Shown: in pieces, positions 25,945-40,168 of the stretch
How the letters are laid out: the number at the start of each line of letters is the position of its first letter
Numbering within the stretch: the first letter of the stretch is position 1
From: Eledone cirrhosa
Taxonomy: Eukaryota
Direction: 5' to 3'
NCBI GenBank assembly: GCA_964016885.1
Contig: OZ024764.1
Coordinates: forward strand, 19,592,001-19,656,000
DNA length: 64,000 bases
Translations under genes and position numbers: made by a program
The notes under the pieces: model-generated
The model's database searches: none
What the model saw: only the letters and a program-made list of their open reading frames with translations
Told to the model about the DNA's origin: nothing

Positions 25945-26206
25945 CCGAATTAGTGTGGTATAGACAAGTACATATGTTGTTGAGGTGTATAATATTGTCA
26001 ATACTCTGATATGCCCACTTCCTGGTTGGGTTGTTATTTCACTGAGGAACTGGAATCTGCCCAGTTCCTGGTTGGGTTGTTATTTCACTGAGGAACTGGA
26101 ATCATATGATTCACTGGGGTTGATTTAATCGACTTCCCCTATAAAAAAAATTGTTTGCCATGTCCCTAGATCAGAAACCATTATTATTCGTTCCTTATTT
26201 TACTTA

Positions 26207-28340
26207 AAGTCTTTACCTCACATAACATTTACATTACTCTATATATACTATTGTATTTTCACAGTAAAGGCTTTACCTCACATAATATCTCACATAACAT
26301 TTACATTACTCTATATATACTATTGTATTTTCACAGTAAAGGCTTTACCTCACATAATACCTCACATAACATTTACATTACTCTATATATACTATTGTAT
26401 TTTCACAGTAAAGGCTTTACCTCACATAATATCTCACATAACATTTACATTACTCTATATATACTATTGTATTTTCACAGTGAAGGCTTTACCTCACATA
26501 ATATCTCACATAACATTTACATTACTCTATATATACTATTGTATTGTCACAGTAAAGGCTTTACCTCACATAATACCTCACATAACATTTACATTACTGT
26601 ATATATACTATTGTATTTTCACAGTGAAGGCTTTACCTCACATAATATCTCACATAACATTTACATTACTCTATATATACTATTGTATTTTCACAGTAAA
26701 GTCTTTACCTCACATAACGTATACATTACTCTATATATACTATTGTATTTTCACAGTAAAGGCTTTACCTCACATAATACCTCACATAACATTTACATTA
26801 CTCTATATATACTATTGTATTTTCACAGTAAAGGCTTTACCTCACATAATATCTCACATAACATTTACATTACTCTATATATACTATTGTATTTTCACAG
26901 TGAAGGCTTTACCTCACATAATATCTCACATAACATTTACATTACTCTATATATACTATTGTATTGTCACAGTAAAGGCTTTACCTCACATAATACCTCA
27001 CATAACATTTACATTACTGTATATATACTATTGTATTTTCACAGTGAAGGCTTTACCTCACATAATATCTCACATAACATTTACATTACTCTATATATAC
27101 TATTGTATTTTCACAGTAAAGTCTTTACCTCACATAACATTTACATTACTCTATATATACTATTGTATTTTCACAGTAAAGGCTTTACCTCACATAATAT
27201 CTCACATAACATTTACATTACTCTATATATACTATTGTATTTTCACAGTAAAGGCTTTACCTCACATAATACCTCACATAACATTTACATTACTCTATAT
27301 ATACTATTGTATTTTCACAGTAAAGGCTTTACCTCACATAATATCTCACATAACATTTACATTACTCTATATATACTATTGTATTTTCACAGTGAAGGCT
27401 TTACCTCACATAATACCTCACATAACATTTACATTACTCTATATATACTATTGTATTTTCACAGTGAAGGCTTTACCTCACATAATATCTCACATAACAT
27501 TTACATTACTCTATATATACTATTGTATTTTCACAGTAAAGTCTTTACCTCACATAACATTTACATTACTCTATATATACTATTGTATTTTCACAGTAAA
27601 GGCTTTACCTCACATAATATCTCACATAACATTTACATTACTCTATATATACTATTGTATTTTCACAGTAAAGGCTTTACCTCACATAATACCTCACATA
27701 ACATTTACATTACTCTATATATACTATTGTATTTTCACAGTAAAGGCTTTACCTCACATAATATCTCACATAACATTTACATTACTCTATATATACTATT
27801 GTATTTTCACAGTGAAGGCTTTACCTCACATAATACCTCACATAACATTTACATTACTCTATATATACTATTGTATTTTCACAGTGAAGGCTTTACCTCA
27901 CATAATATCTCACATAACATTTACATTACTCTATATATACTATTGTATTTTCACAGTAAAGGCTTTACCTCACATAACATTTACATAACTCTATATATAC
28001 TATTGTATTTTCACAGTAAAGTCTTTACCTCACATAATATCTCACATAACATTTACATTACTCTATATATACTATTGTATTTTCACAGTGAAGGCTTTAC
28101 CTCACATAATATCTCACATAACATTTACATTACTCTATATATACTATTGTATTTTCACAGTAAAGGCTTTACCTCACATAATACCTCACATAACATTTAC
28201 ATTACTCTATATATACTATTGTATTTTCACAGTAAAGGCTTTACCTCACATAATATCTCACATAACATTTACACTACTCTATATATACTATTGTATTGTC
28301 ACAGTAAAGGTTTTACCTCACATAATATCTCACATAACAT
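26207..28340 (+). repeat. 72/60-bp satellite, array A (420-bp higher-order repeat)
   Basis: Unit acagtaaaggctttacctcacataatatctcacataacatttacattactctatatatactattgtattttc. The 60-bp variant lacks one 12-bp subrepeat. Confidence 0.95.
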
Positions 28341-28550
28341 CTCGTATACGAGAGACGTGTGTTGACGTGTGTGAACAAGCTCGGCTACCGAGTCGGATTT
28401 ACTTACTCAAAAAGTGAGTTTTGATTAATTTTTTATACTGTAATATACGTTAACCCCTTGCCTTGGTCGTCAAACTTTGAGTTTATTTATTTTCGCCCCT
28501 TTTTGGGGCGAATTTTCCAGTTAAAAATTTATTACGGCAAACTAATAGAA

Positions 28551-30283
28551 ATGGACGGAATTTTCACATCTCATCCTAACGTGAAAGCCACGCCCCCTAA
28601 GAAAGGTGATACAGAGAAGCTAGAAGCACAAGGCTCTAAGTCTTCCCTCCTCACTTCTGCAAAAGAAACATGGAACACGGAATTAAAAGAAAAATTTGTA
28701 AAAATGGGTGAAAACCCAGAAAGTCACATAAACGCAGACAAAAACAACAACGACAATAACAGCAATAGTCACAACACCAACCAAGGAATAAATAACGATA
28801 ACACCAAACAAAGCGAACCCACTACTGGTGCCTCCTTTGCACAGGCGGTCCGGAAAACACAAACCTGCAAGCAACTGGACATTACAACTCTGAGAGAAAA
28901 GATGAAGGAAGCGAAACAGTATGTAACTTTCAAAGAAGGAGGAGACTTCACAATCACCTCCCCACAAGAAATCAAAAGAGACACGACGCTAAGAACGATA
29001 TCCTTCAGAACAATTTCCAACATAACAAGGAAACCAACTCAATTATCCCAAAAAGAGATTGATCTGGTCCTGAAAAATGTGTGGAGTGATATATCGTTCA
29101 TACAAAAAGGGCCACTCTATTGGAATATAACGGTCCTAATGAAGGATCAATTGACGGCCAGGAAATACTCTGTGGCGCCAATTGTTTCCAAGCTACATAC
29201 ATTTTTCCCCACATATTTAGGGAAAAGAACGCAGAAGATAAGGGTCTCCGGAATCCGGCCAAATGCATGCATTTCCTGGGTACTAACAGGATTTTTAGAA
29301 GACGAGGACGGAATCCTCTCAGTAGGAGAAGTCACCACAGACGTTTTCGGCGGTTTGAGCGTGGAGGTTCTGGTCCAAATGAGACCAGAACGAATAGCTA
29401 GAATACCACAGAGGGTGTCCCTCGATGGAGAAACATTTATATACATTTCAGCCGAGGGTAGGAGGCCCATATGTTACTACTGTTCAAGCAGGGGTCATCT
29501 AAGGGCTGCTTGTCCTCAATTGACAAAAAAAAAGGCTCTTTTGCCTACACCCCACACACCACCACCGCCACCACCACCACCTCCACCACCACCACCACAA
29601 CAACAACAAAAACAAGACGGAAAAATAACACAAGACACGGCCCCACCCAAAACAACTCCCAAAACACACACAAATACAACAAAACCCCAAAATACACCAC
29701 TACCCGACAGCACGGACGAGGACCCAGCTGAAACGGCACCTAGTGACGAAGAGGGGGAACCCTTCCAACCTGTAAAAAGGAAAAAAAAAAGCACCACTCG
29801 AACATAAACGAAACAAACACACAACCACCAACAAAAACAAAACAAACAGAACAAACAAAATCCGCCCCACCCCAAAACATAACACATACAACAAAACGTA
29901 AGCACACACAAGAACAACAAACAAACACAACACAAATAAAACAGTATACATACATTAACACAAATAACAAAGAACTAGTAAAAACAATACACAAAGACCC
30001 TTCGGTGGAAACTGAAGGGCAATTCTTTGCAAGCGCGGCCAACAAACCGCATTTAAAAATGATAAGACTCCCAATGGACACCTATGCAAAACTAAGAGAG
30101 AACTTTCCTGAGGACGTGGGGAAAACATGTACTCGACCCTATAACCGCGTCCTCTTGAAACGTTTCCCCACCCACACCTCACCAAACACCCCCACTCCAC
30201 CACAGAACAACACCCCACCAAACAACCCCTCCAATACGCCCATGGATATTGTGCAACCTGCTCCTCAGGAGCCGAACAGGTAG
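28551..30283 (+). pseudogene. Tx1-like ORF1 (zinc-knuckle protein), frameshifted at the A-run ~29785
   Basis: CYYCSSRGHLRAAC and a Pro/Thr/Lys-rich tail. Copy 2 reads through this point. Confidence 0.8.
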
Positions 30284-30304
30284 GTCCTTCCTCTTTTAAC
30301 CAAC

Positions 30305-33300
30305 ATGGCTGATATAAGAGTTGGGTGTCTGAATGTACGCGGCCTGGGACTGTCTTGGAAACAAGGCAAACTTTTAAATGATCTCAGGTCGCATAGAATG
30401 TATGTAATGGCTATTTGCGAGTCCAGGATCAGCAGCGAGCACCACCTGGCGCCCCTCTTCGACGACTTTGAGATCTTCGCATCTCTCTGTCAACCGGGGG
30501 GTGGGGTGGAGTTGTCGTTCTGCTGCGAAAACACCTGGGCCTCGCCATACAGAAGGTGCACCTGGACCCAGAGGGTTGACTGGTGGTTTTAGACGTCGGC
30601 AGTAGTGAAAGTGGAGCCCTTAGACTAATAGCTGTGGGCAGCGCGGCCGGAATACTTCCAACGTCTGGAAACTTTTCTGGGAACGTCCCGCTCCTTGCTT
30701 TTAGTGGGGGACTGGAATGGTATCCTGGATGCACGTTGGGACTATGTAGGGGCATGTGCCAATAGAGGGGGGTGTAAAAGCCTCAAAAGGTTAATCGGCC
30801 GATTTGACCTGGCCGATAGATATCGACTAGATTTTCCGACTGTACCACTATGGACGTGGACCAATCGCAGCGGAACATCTAGGTCGTACCTAGATAGGGT
30901 CCCAGTTAGAGAGAAGGATAGGGACACATTTAGCTGTCCAAAAATGTTCATGGTTGACTATTCGGATCACAAGTTAGTGACCTGCATAGCCAACCTTGAT
31001 AGAACCCATAGACAGGGACCCGGTTACTGGAAGCTGAACTTGTCCTTACCGAGAAGCAAAGCTTACAGTAAACGGATTAGCACGTTAGTTAAGCAGAGTT
31101 TGACAGGGGCAATTGTCAACAACAGGTGGTGGAGCTCTCTTAAGAGAGCAATTAGAATAGAATCGATAGGTTTTAGTCAGGAATTAGCAAGGGATAGGAA
31201 CAAGACGGAAAGGGAATTAGTAGATAGAGTAGAAGAGGCGATTAGGAGTGGCAATGTAGCCGGCGTGCTGGCATCAAGAATGGCCTTAGACCAGTTCTTT
31301 GAGGTGAAGCATGAAGGCTGCATTGTCAGGAGTAAAATACGTGCTCTGGGTAATGAGGGAGCCAAAGCTGTGAGCTGGGCCCGAGTGACAGAGGCAAAAA
31401 GTGGGAACAAGTCCACGATTCGGTCTTTGAAGGACCAGGATGGGCATGTGATCCTTGAACCTGGGCAGATGTGTGCGGCCTTTCAGCGGCACTTTGCACG
31501 ACTGTTCGAGAGGGGCGGCGCGCCGGGTGAGACTATGGATTTCAATCCATACCTCGACGGTCTGCCGCGCCTCTCGGACGTGGAGGCGAAGTCCTGCGAA
31601 AGGACGATTTCAGCTGCTGAGATAGGGGCGGCGCTGAGCCAATGCGGCAAACGCAAATCCCCGGGTCTCGATGGTCTACCATACGAGCTATATGTAGCGA
31701 TGCCGGACTTGTTCTCCGATATCCTCGAAGCGGTCTACTGCAACTGGCAGCAGAACGGGAGAATTCCCAGTTCTGTGACCAAGGGCGTAGTTACGCTGGT
31801 GAGGAAGGATGAGAACAAGGGGGATGACATAAGTAACTTCAGGCCCATAACTCTGCTAAATACAGAGTTAAAGATTTTGGCCAAGGTGTTAGCGAAGAGG
31901 TTGGCGCTTGTCGTTGGAAACCTGGTGGGAGAAGCGGAGACATGCCCAATCCCATCCAGGTCCATTCACGACAATCTCCACCTTATGCGATACATCATAG
32001 AGAGGGTAGGGAATGAACCCGGCTTTGGTGGGGCCCTGATCAACTTGGATCAATCTAAAGCTTTCGATAGGGTTGACCATCGTTACCTGGATGGGGTGCT
32101 CGCGGCGGCAGGCTTCGGACCCGTTTTCAGGGGTTGGATTGCCCTCTCTCCTCCCTACTGTATGTGCTGGCTCTTGAGCCACTACTGCGGAAGTTGGAGC
32201 GGTTGCAGGGCATCCCTTTGGAACCGGGATTGCAGAAAGCGGCGTCGGCCTACGCCGATGACGTGACAGTAATGGTGTCGAAAACTTCGCAAATCGGTGA
32301 GATCGGCACCTTACTGGAGGAATATGAAAGGTTTACAGGAGCCAAGCTGAACCGGGACAAGCCCATCGGTTTGCAACTCGGAACATGGAGAGGCAAACCG
32401 ATGCCCTCCAACGACGTCGTCGGATGCTGGACGGAGGGCCCGGTGAAGCTGCTTGGGGTCTGGTTTGGACCAGACCTCCAGGTGGAGAAAAACTGGAACG
32501 AGGTAACGGCCAGGGTGTTTGCACTCACCCAGAAGTGGGCCCAGTGCAAACTATCCCTGAAAGGTCGAGCGGAGGTGGCGAATACTTATATAGCATCCGT
32601 CATCTACTACCGCTTGACCGTCGTGCCTTGCCCAGTGAAAAGACTCGCCAAAATGGAGTGCGCGCTGTTCCAATTTCTTTGGAACAAGCGGACCCCTTTG
32701 GTGAGGAGATCCATCTGCTGTCAACACCCTTCGAAACGAGGGCTGGGGATCCGTGGCTACAGATGCGTAAACACGCATTAAGGCTACGGCACCTCCAGGT
32801 ATTCCTCACCGGTCAACCGGTGTGGGCCCCGTTTGTGAGGCGAGCCTTTCCCAGACTCGTCTCGCTCACTGAGCTGCAATCCTGGGTCAAGCAAAGACCG
32901 TGAAAAGTGGACGACTGGCACATTGAATGTGCCCAGGCGCTCACGGCCCTCTGGAAAGCGGACCCGGCAATCAGTGGAGACTCCACCTCGACATTCTATA
33001 GAGGGTTGGTACGCAGCAGGTGCGACGATGCTCTCGGAGAAGCTCTAGGCATGGAGGAAGATGAACTGGCCAGTCTGTTCGGTAGGACGTTTGGCCCTGG
33101 ACCGATGGACAACTTCCAAAAGTCCCTGGCTTGGCAGTGCTACCGAGGGGCTCTACCCGTTCGAGACAAGCTCCACAGGCATGGGAGCCTGGGTAGAGAT
33201 CCTTTGAATAAGATCTGTCCGAGATGCGTGCATGATGACGAAACCGTTGCGCACGCATTCGTACACTGCCCAGGCATTGCTGACCTGTGGGGCTATGTGG

Positions 33301-33632
33301 AATGACTACTGTCGAGGGTGGGACCAATCCGGTTGACCACCGAGTCCATTGTCACGATCAAACCGCCTTCCCCTTTCAAAAACGAAGGAGAGGCGGTTTT
33401 TCTCTGTGTGATAGCCATGGCTAAAGAAGTTGTATGGTGGACGAGGCTGAAAGGGCTGAGGTCAGACACCTTTCTCTCCGGCCAACAACTGGTCCCCTTT
33501 TTCAAATACCATTTTAAAAGAAGGATCAGAATGGAGAGAGAGGTGCTCTACCCCAGCAAGTTTTATGAAAGGTGGGTGAAAGTGGCGAGAATGGCCCGAG
33601 TGAATGGGTCTTCTCTCTATATCAGCCTGTAG
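30305..33632 (+). pseudogene. Tx1-like ORF2 (EN-RT-zf), disrupted
   Basis: CLNVRGL, GDWN, SYLDR, SDH, GYWKLN, KSPGLDGLP, FRPITLLN, LDQSKAFDRV, YADD, KLSLKGR. Has frameshifts, an RT deletion at ~32140 and two TGA stops. Confidence 0.9.
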
Positions 33633-33869
33633 GTGAAAGAAGAGGAAAAAGAGGAGACGAGGGAAGCACCTACTCTTTGTGCTCCTGAGGAGAAGGGTTG
33701 CACATTTTTTCCGGGGTGTGTGCGACCCATGTTAATGCCCCCTCCCTATTGAGGACTTCGTTTGTTGTTGTTATTTCATTGTTATATTTTTGTACTCGTT
33801 AATTATATGTAAACTTCCCCCATTGTATCTGTCCCTACCTTTTGTGCCCTAGTGGCAAATAAAGAAACC

Positions 33870-34930
33870 ACTCTATATATACTATTGTATTTTCACAGTA
33901 AAGGCATTACCTTACATAATATCTCACATAACATTTACATTACTCTATTTATACTATTGTATTGTCACATTAACGGCTTTACCTCACATAATATCTCACA
34001 TAACATTTACATTACTCTATATATACTATTGTAGTGTCACAGTAAAGGCTTTACCTCACATAATATCTCACATAACATTTACATTACTCTATATATACTA
34101 TTGTATTGTCACAGTAAAGGCTTTACCTCACATAATATCTCACATAACATTTACATTACTCTATATATACTATTGTATTTTCACAGTAAAGGCTTTACCT
34201 CACATATCACACATAACATTTACATTACTCTATATATACTATTGTATTTTAACAGTAAAGGCTTTACCTCACATAATATCTCACATAACATGTATATAAC
34301 TCTATATATACTATTGTATTTTCACAGTAAAGGCTTTACCTCACATAATATCTCACATAACATTTACATTGCTCTATATATACTATTGTATTTTAACAGT
34401 AAAGGCTTTACCTCACATAATATCTCACATAACATGTATATAACTCTATATATACTATTGTATTTTCACAGTAAAGGCTTTACCTCACATAATATCTCAC
34501 ATAACATTTACATTGCTCTATATATACTATTGTATTTTCACAGTAAAGGCTTTACCTCACATAATATCTCACATAACGTTTACATTGCTCTATATATACT
34601 ATTGTATTTTCACAGTAAAGGCTTTACCTCACATAATATCTCACATAACATTTACATTGCTCTATATATACTATTGTATTTTCACAGTAAAGGCTTTACC
34701 TCACATAATATCTCACATAACATTTACATTGCTCTATATATACTATTGTATTTTCACAGTAAAGGCTTTACCTCACATAATATCTCACATAACATTTACA
34801 TTGCTCTATATATACTATTGTATTTTCACAGTAAAGGCTTTACCTCACATAATATCTCACATAACATTTACATTACTCTATATATACTATTGTATTTTCA
34901 CAGTAAAGTCTTTACCTCACATAATATCTC
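33870..34930 (+). repeat. 72-bp satellite, array B
   Basis: Same unit as array A, resuming at actctatatatac. Confidence 0.95.
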
Positions 34931-35080
34931 ATTTAATGTTGAATATATGAGATTTTGATATTATTTATTTTGAGAACAATACCTTAACATCAGAATGAGT
35001 GACCAGTTACAGCTGGTTTGAACAGAAAGAGGTTAAAGAATTCTGGCCGGATATAGCCGGTTTAATTGCTAAAGGGTTAA
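34930..35080 (+). mobile_element. Right arm of TTAA-flanked (piggyBac-like) MITE hosting the satellite
   Basis: Ends ccggtttaattgctaaaggg-TTAA (35077-35080). Homologous to the reverse complement of 56291-56400. Confidence 0.7.
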
Positions 35081-35124
35081 ACCTGGCAGTGTCCAGGATA
35101 TAGAGGAAGAATCATCCTCTTTAT

Positions 35125-36600
35125 AACACCAACCACTTTACAGTGTGGACTAGGTACTGTTTGTTGTGACACCTACATGACCACTTTACAGTGTGGACTA
35201 GGTACTGTTTGTTGTGACACCTACATGACCACTTTACAGTGCGGACTGGGTACTTTTTGTTGTCACCTACATGACCACTTTACAGTGTGGACTGGGTGCT
35301 TTTTGTTGTGACACCTACATGACCACTTTACAGTGTGGACTGGGTACTTTTTGTTGTGTCACCTACATGACCACTTTACAGTGTGGACTGGGTGCTTTTT
35401 GTCATGACACCTACATGACCACTTTACAGTGTGGACTGGGTACTTTTTGTTGTGACACCTACATGACCACTTTACAGTGTGGACTTGGTACTTTTTGTTG
35501 TGACACCTACATGACCACTTTACAGTGTGGACTGGGTACTTTTTGTTGTGACACCTACATGACCACTTTACAGTGTGGACTTGGTACTTTTTGTTGTGAC
35601 ACCTACATGACCACTTTACTGTGTGGACTTGGTACTTTTTGTTGTGACACCTACATGACCACTTTACAGTGTGGACTGGGTACTTTTTGTTGTGACACCT
35701 ACATGACCACTTTACAGTGTGGACTTGGTACTTTTTGTGTGACACTTACATGACCACTTTACAGTGTGGACTGGGTACTTTTTGTTGTGACACCTACATG
35801 ACCACTTTACGGTGTGGACTGGGTAATTTTTGTTGTGACACCTACATGACCACTTTACAGTGTGGACTGGGTACTTTTTGTTGTGACACCTACATGACCA
35901 CTTTACAGTGTGGACTTGGTACTTGTTGCTGTGACACTTACATGACCACTTTACAGTGTGGACTGGGTACTTTTTGTTGTGACACCTACATGACCACTTT
36001 ACAGTGTGGACTTGGTACTTTTTGTTGTGACACCTACATGACCACTTTACTGTGTGGACTGGGTACTTTTTGTTGTGACACCTACATGACCACTTTACAG
36101 TGTAGACTGGGTACTTTTTGTTGTGACACCTACATGACCACTTTACAGTGTGGACTGGGTACTTTTTGTTGTGACACCTACATGACCACTTTACAGTGTG
36201 GACTGGGTGCTTTTTGTCATGACACCTACATGACCACTTTACAGTGTGGACTGGGTGCTTTTTGTTGTGACACCTACATGACCACTTTACAGTGTGGACT
36301 GGGTGCTTTTTGTTGTGACACCTACATGACCACTTTACAGTGTAGACTGGGTACTTTTTGTTGTGACACCTACATGACCACTTTACAGTGTGGACTGGGT
36401 ACTTTTTGTTGTGACACCTACATGACCACTTTACAGTGTGGACTGGGTGATTTTTGTCATGACACCTACATGACCACTTTACAGTGTGGACTGGGTGCTT
36501 TTTGTTGTGACACCTACATGACCACTTTACAGTGTGTACTGGGTACTTTTTGTTGTGACACCTACATGACCACTTTACAGTGCGGACTCGGTACTTTGTG
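35125..36600 (+). repeat. 48-bp minisatellite derived from an RTE-related short element
   Basis: Unit acatgaccactttacagtgtggactgggtactttttgttgtgacacct, preceded by taacaccaacc as in the elements at 9190 and 63527. Confidence 0.9.
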
Positions 36601-36608
36601 GAACCAAC

Positions 36609-36643
<35 letters not shown>

Positions 36644-36745
36644 TTGTGTGTATATACATATATCATATACATACCATATATATATATATACACACACACA
36701 CACATATATATTTGCATATATATACATATATCATACACATACCAT

Positions 36746-36782
<37 letters not shown>

Positions 36783-36861
36783 TTAAAATAACAGACTAAG
36801 GTTTAAGCAAAGAATTGCTTCACATTTGTTATTATATATACTAGCAGAAAACCACCCTTCA

Positions 36862-39800
36862 GGTATGTGTAGTGTGTATATTGATATTATACGCAGTTAT
36901 ATATACATGTTGATATGATACATGTGTAGTGTGTATGTTGATATTATACACAAGTATATATACATGTAGATATATTACAGGTGTAGTGTGTATATTCATA
37001 TTATACACAAGTATATATACATGTAGATATGATACATGTGTAGTGTGTATATTGATATTATACACAAGTATATATACATGTAGATATATTACAGGTGTAG
37101 TGTGTATATTCATATTATACACAAGTATATATACATGTAGATATGATACATGTGTAGTGTGTATATTGATATTATACACAAGTATATATACATATAGATA
37201 TGATACATGTGTAGTGTGTATATTGATATTATACGCAGGTATATATATATGTAGATATGTTACATGTGTAGTGTGTATATTGATATTATACGCAGGTATA
37301 TATACATGTAGATATGATACATGTGTAGTGTGTATATTGATATTATACACAAGTATATATACATGTAGATATGATACATGTGTAGTGTGTATATTGATAT
37401 TATGCACAAGTATATATACATGTAGATATGTTACATGTGTAGTGTGTATATTGATATTATACGCAGGTATATATACATGTAGATATGATACATGTGTAGT
37501 GTGTATATTGATATTATACACAAGTATATATATACATGTAGATATGATACATGTGTAGTGTGTATATTGATATTATACACAAGTATATATACATGTAGAT
37601 ATGATACATGTGTAGTGTGTATATTGATATTATACGCAGGTATATATACATGTAGATATGATACATGTGTAGTGTGTATATTGATATACGCAAGTATATA
37701 TACATGTAGATATGATACATGTGTAGTGTGTATATTGATATTATACACAGGTATTTATACATGTAGATATGTTACATGTGTAGCGTGTATATTGATAATA
37801 TACGCAGGTATATATACATGTAGATATGATACATGTGTAGTGTGTATATTGATATTATACGCAGGTATATATACATGTAGATATGTTACATGTGTAGCGC
37901 GTATATTGATATTATACACAAGTATATATACATGTAGATATGATACATGTGTAGTGTGTATATTGATATTATACGCAGGTATATATACATGTTGATATGA
38001 TACATGTGTAGTGTGTATATTGATATTATACGCAAGTATATATACATGTAGATATGTTACATGTGTAGTGTGTATATTGATATTATACGCAGGTATATAT
38101 ACATGTAGATATGATACATGTGTAGTGTGTATATTGATATACGCAAGTATATATACATGTAGATATGATACATGTGTAGTGTGTATATTGATATTATACA
38201 CAGGTATTTATACATGTAGATATGTTACATGTGTAGCGTGTATATTGATATTATACGCAGGTATATATACATGTAGATATGATACATGTGTAGTGTGTAT
38301 ATTGATATTATACGCAGGTATATATACATGTAGATATGTTACATGTGTAGCGTGTATATTGATATTATACACAAGTATATATACATGTAGATATGATACA
38401 TGTGTAGTGTGTATATTGATATTATACGCAGGTATATATACATGTTGATATGATACATGTGTAGTGTGTATATTGATATTATACGCAAGTATATATACAT
38501 GTAGATATGTTACATGTGTAGTGTGTATATTGATATTATACACAAGTATATATACATGTAGATATGATACATGTGTAGTGTGTATATTGATATTATACGC
38601 AGGTATATATACATGTTGATATGATACATGTGTAGTGTGTATATTGATATTATACACAAGTATATATACATGTAGATATGATACATGTGTAGTGTGTATA
38701 TTGATATTATATGCAGGTATATATACATGTTGATATGTTACATGTGTAGTGTGTATATTGATATTATACGCAGGTATATATATATGTAGATATGTTACAT
38801 GTGTAGTGTGTATATTGATATTATACGCAGGTATATATACATGTAGATATGATACATGTGTAGTGTGTATATTGATATTATACACAAGTATATATACATG
38901 TAGATATGATACATGTGTAGTGTGTATATTGATATTATGCACAAGTATATATACATGTAGATATGTTACATGTGTAGTGTGTATATTGATATTATACGCA
39001 GGTATATATACATGTTGATATGATACATGTGTAGTGTGTATATTGATATTATACACAAGTATATATATACATGTAGATACGATACATGTGTAGTGTGTAT
39101 ATTGATATTATACGCAGGTATATATACATGTTGATATGATACATGTGTAGTGTGTATATTGATATTATACGCAAGTATATATACATGTAGATATGTTACA
39201 TGTGTAGTGTGTATATTGATATTATACACAAGTATATATACATGTAGATATGATACATGTGTAGTGTGTATATTGATATTATACGCAGGTATATATACAT
39301 GTTGATATGATACATGTGTAGTGTGTATATTGATATTATACACAAGTATATATACATGTAGATATGATACATGTGTAGTGTGTATATTGATATTATACGC
39401 AGGTATATATACATGTTGATATGTTACATGTGTAGTGTGTATATTGATATTATACGCAGGTATATATACATGTAGATATGTTACATGTGTAGTGTGTATA
39501 TTGATATTATACGCAGGTATATATACATGTAGATATGTTACATGTGTAATGTGTATATTGATATTATACGCAGGTATATATACATGTAGATATGATACAT
39601 GTGTAGTGTGTATATTGATATACGCAAGTATATATACACGTTGATATGATACATGTGTAGTGTGTATATTGATATTATACACAAGTATATATACATGTAG
39701 ATATGATACATGTGTAGTGTGTATATTGATATTATACACAAGTATATATACATGTAGATATGATACATGTGTAGTGTGTATATTGATATTATACGCAGGT

Positions 39801-40168
39801 ATATATACATGTTGATATGTTACATGTGTAGTGTGTATATTGATATTATACGCAGGTATATATACATGTAGATATGTTACATGTGTAGTGTGTATATTGA
39901 TATTATACGCAGGTATATATACATGTTGATATGTTACATGTGTAGTGTGTATATTGATATTATACGCAGGTATATATACATGTAGATATGTTACATGTGT
40001 AGTGTGTATATTGATATTATACGCAGGTATATATACATGTAGATATGTTACATGTGTAATGTGTATATTGATATTATACACAAGTATATATACATGTAAA
40101 TATGATACATGTGTAGTGTGTATATTGATATTATACACAAGTATATATACATGTAGATATGATACATG
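36862..40168. repeat. 57-bp AT-rich satellite
   Basis: Unit atacatgtgtagtgtgtatattgatattatacacaagtatatatacatgtagatatg. Confidence 0.95.

Larger units (their letters stand above)
28341..33869 (+). mobile_element. Full-length Tx1-like (L1 clade) non-LTR retrotransposon, copy 1
   Basis: ORF1 with a CCHC knuckle and ORF2 with APE, RT and a C-terminal CPRC..ETVAHAFVHC finger. 3' end aataaagaaacc. Bounded by satellite on both sides. Confidence 0.92.

Noticed and set aside
26204-26220. ttaaagtctttacc as the left TIR of host MITE 1, and ttaacccctt in the Tx1 5' UTR (~28450)
   Set aside because: The first matches the satellite monomer rather than CCC-TIR. The second is too short to be significant.
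28276-28340. Long (53-65 bp) TSD hidden by the tandem array at the Tx1 junctions
   Set aside because: The monomers flanking copy 1 differ at several positions, so a 7-bp target deletion is simpler.
26251-28365. 704-aa and other long ORFs across the 72-, 48-, 57-, 25- and 42-bp satellites and TA tracts
   Set aside because: These are stop-free frames produced by tandem repetition. They show no domain signature, and the monomers are TE-derived or low complexity.
29499-30221. Antisense and alternative-frame ORFs overlapping the Tx1 and RTE ORFs
   Set aside because: Shadow frames of coding or low-complexity sequence.
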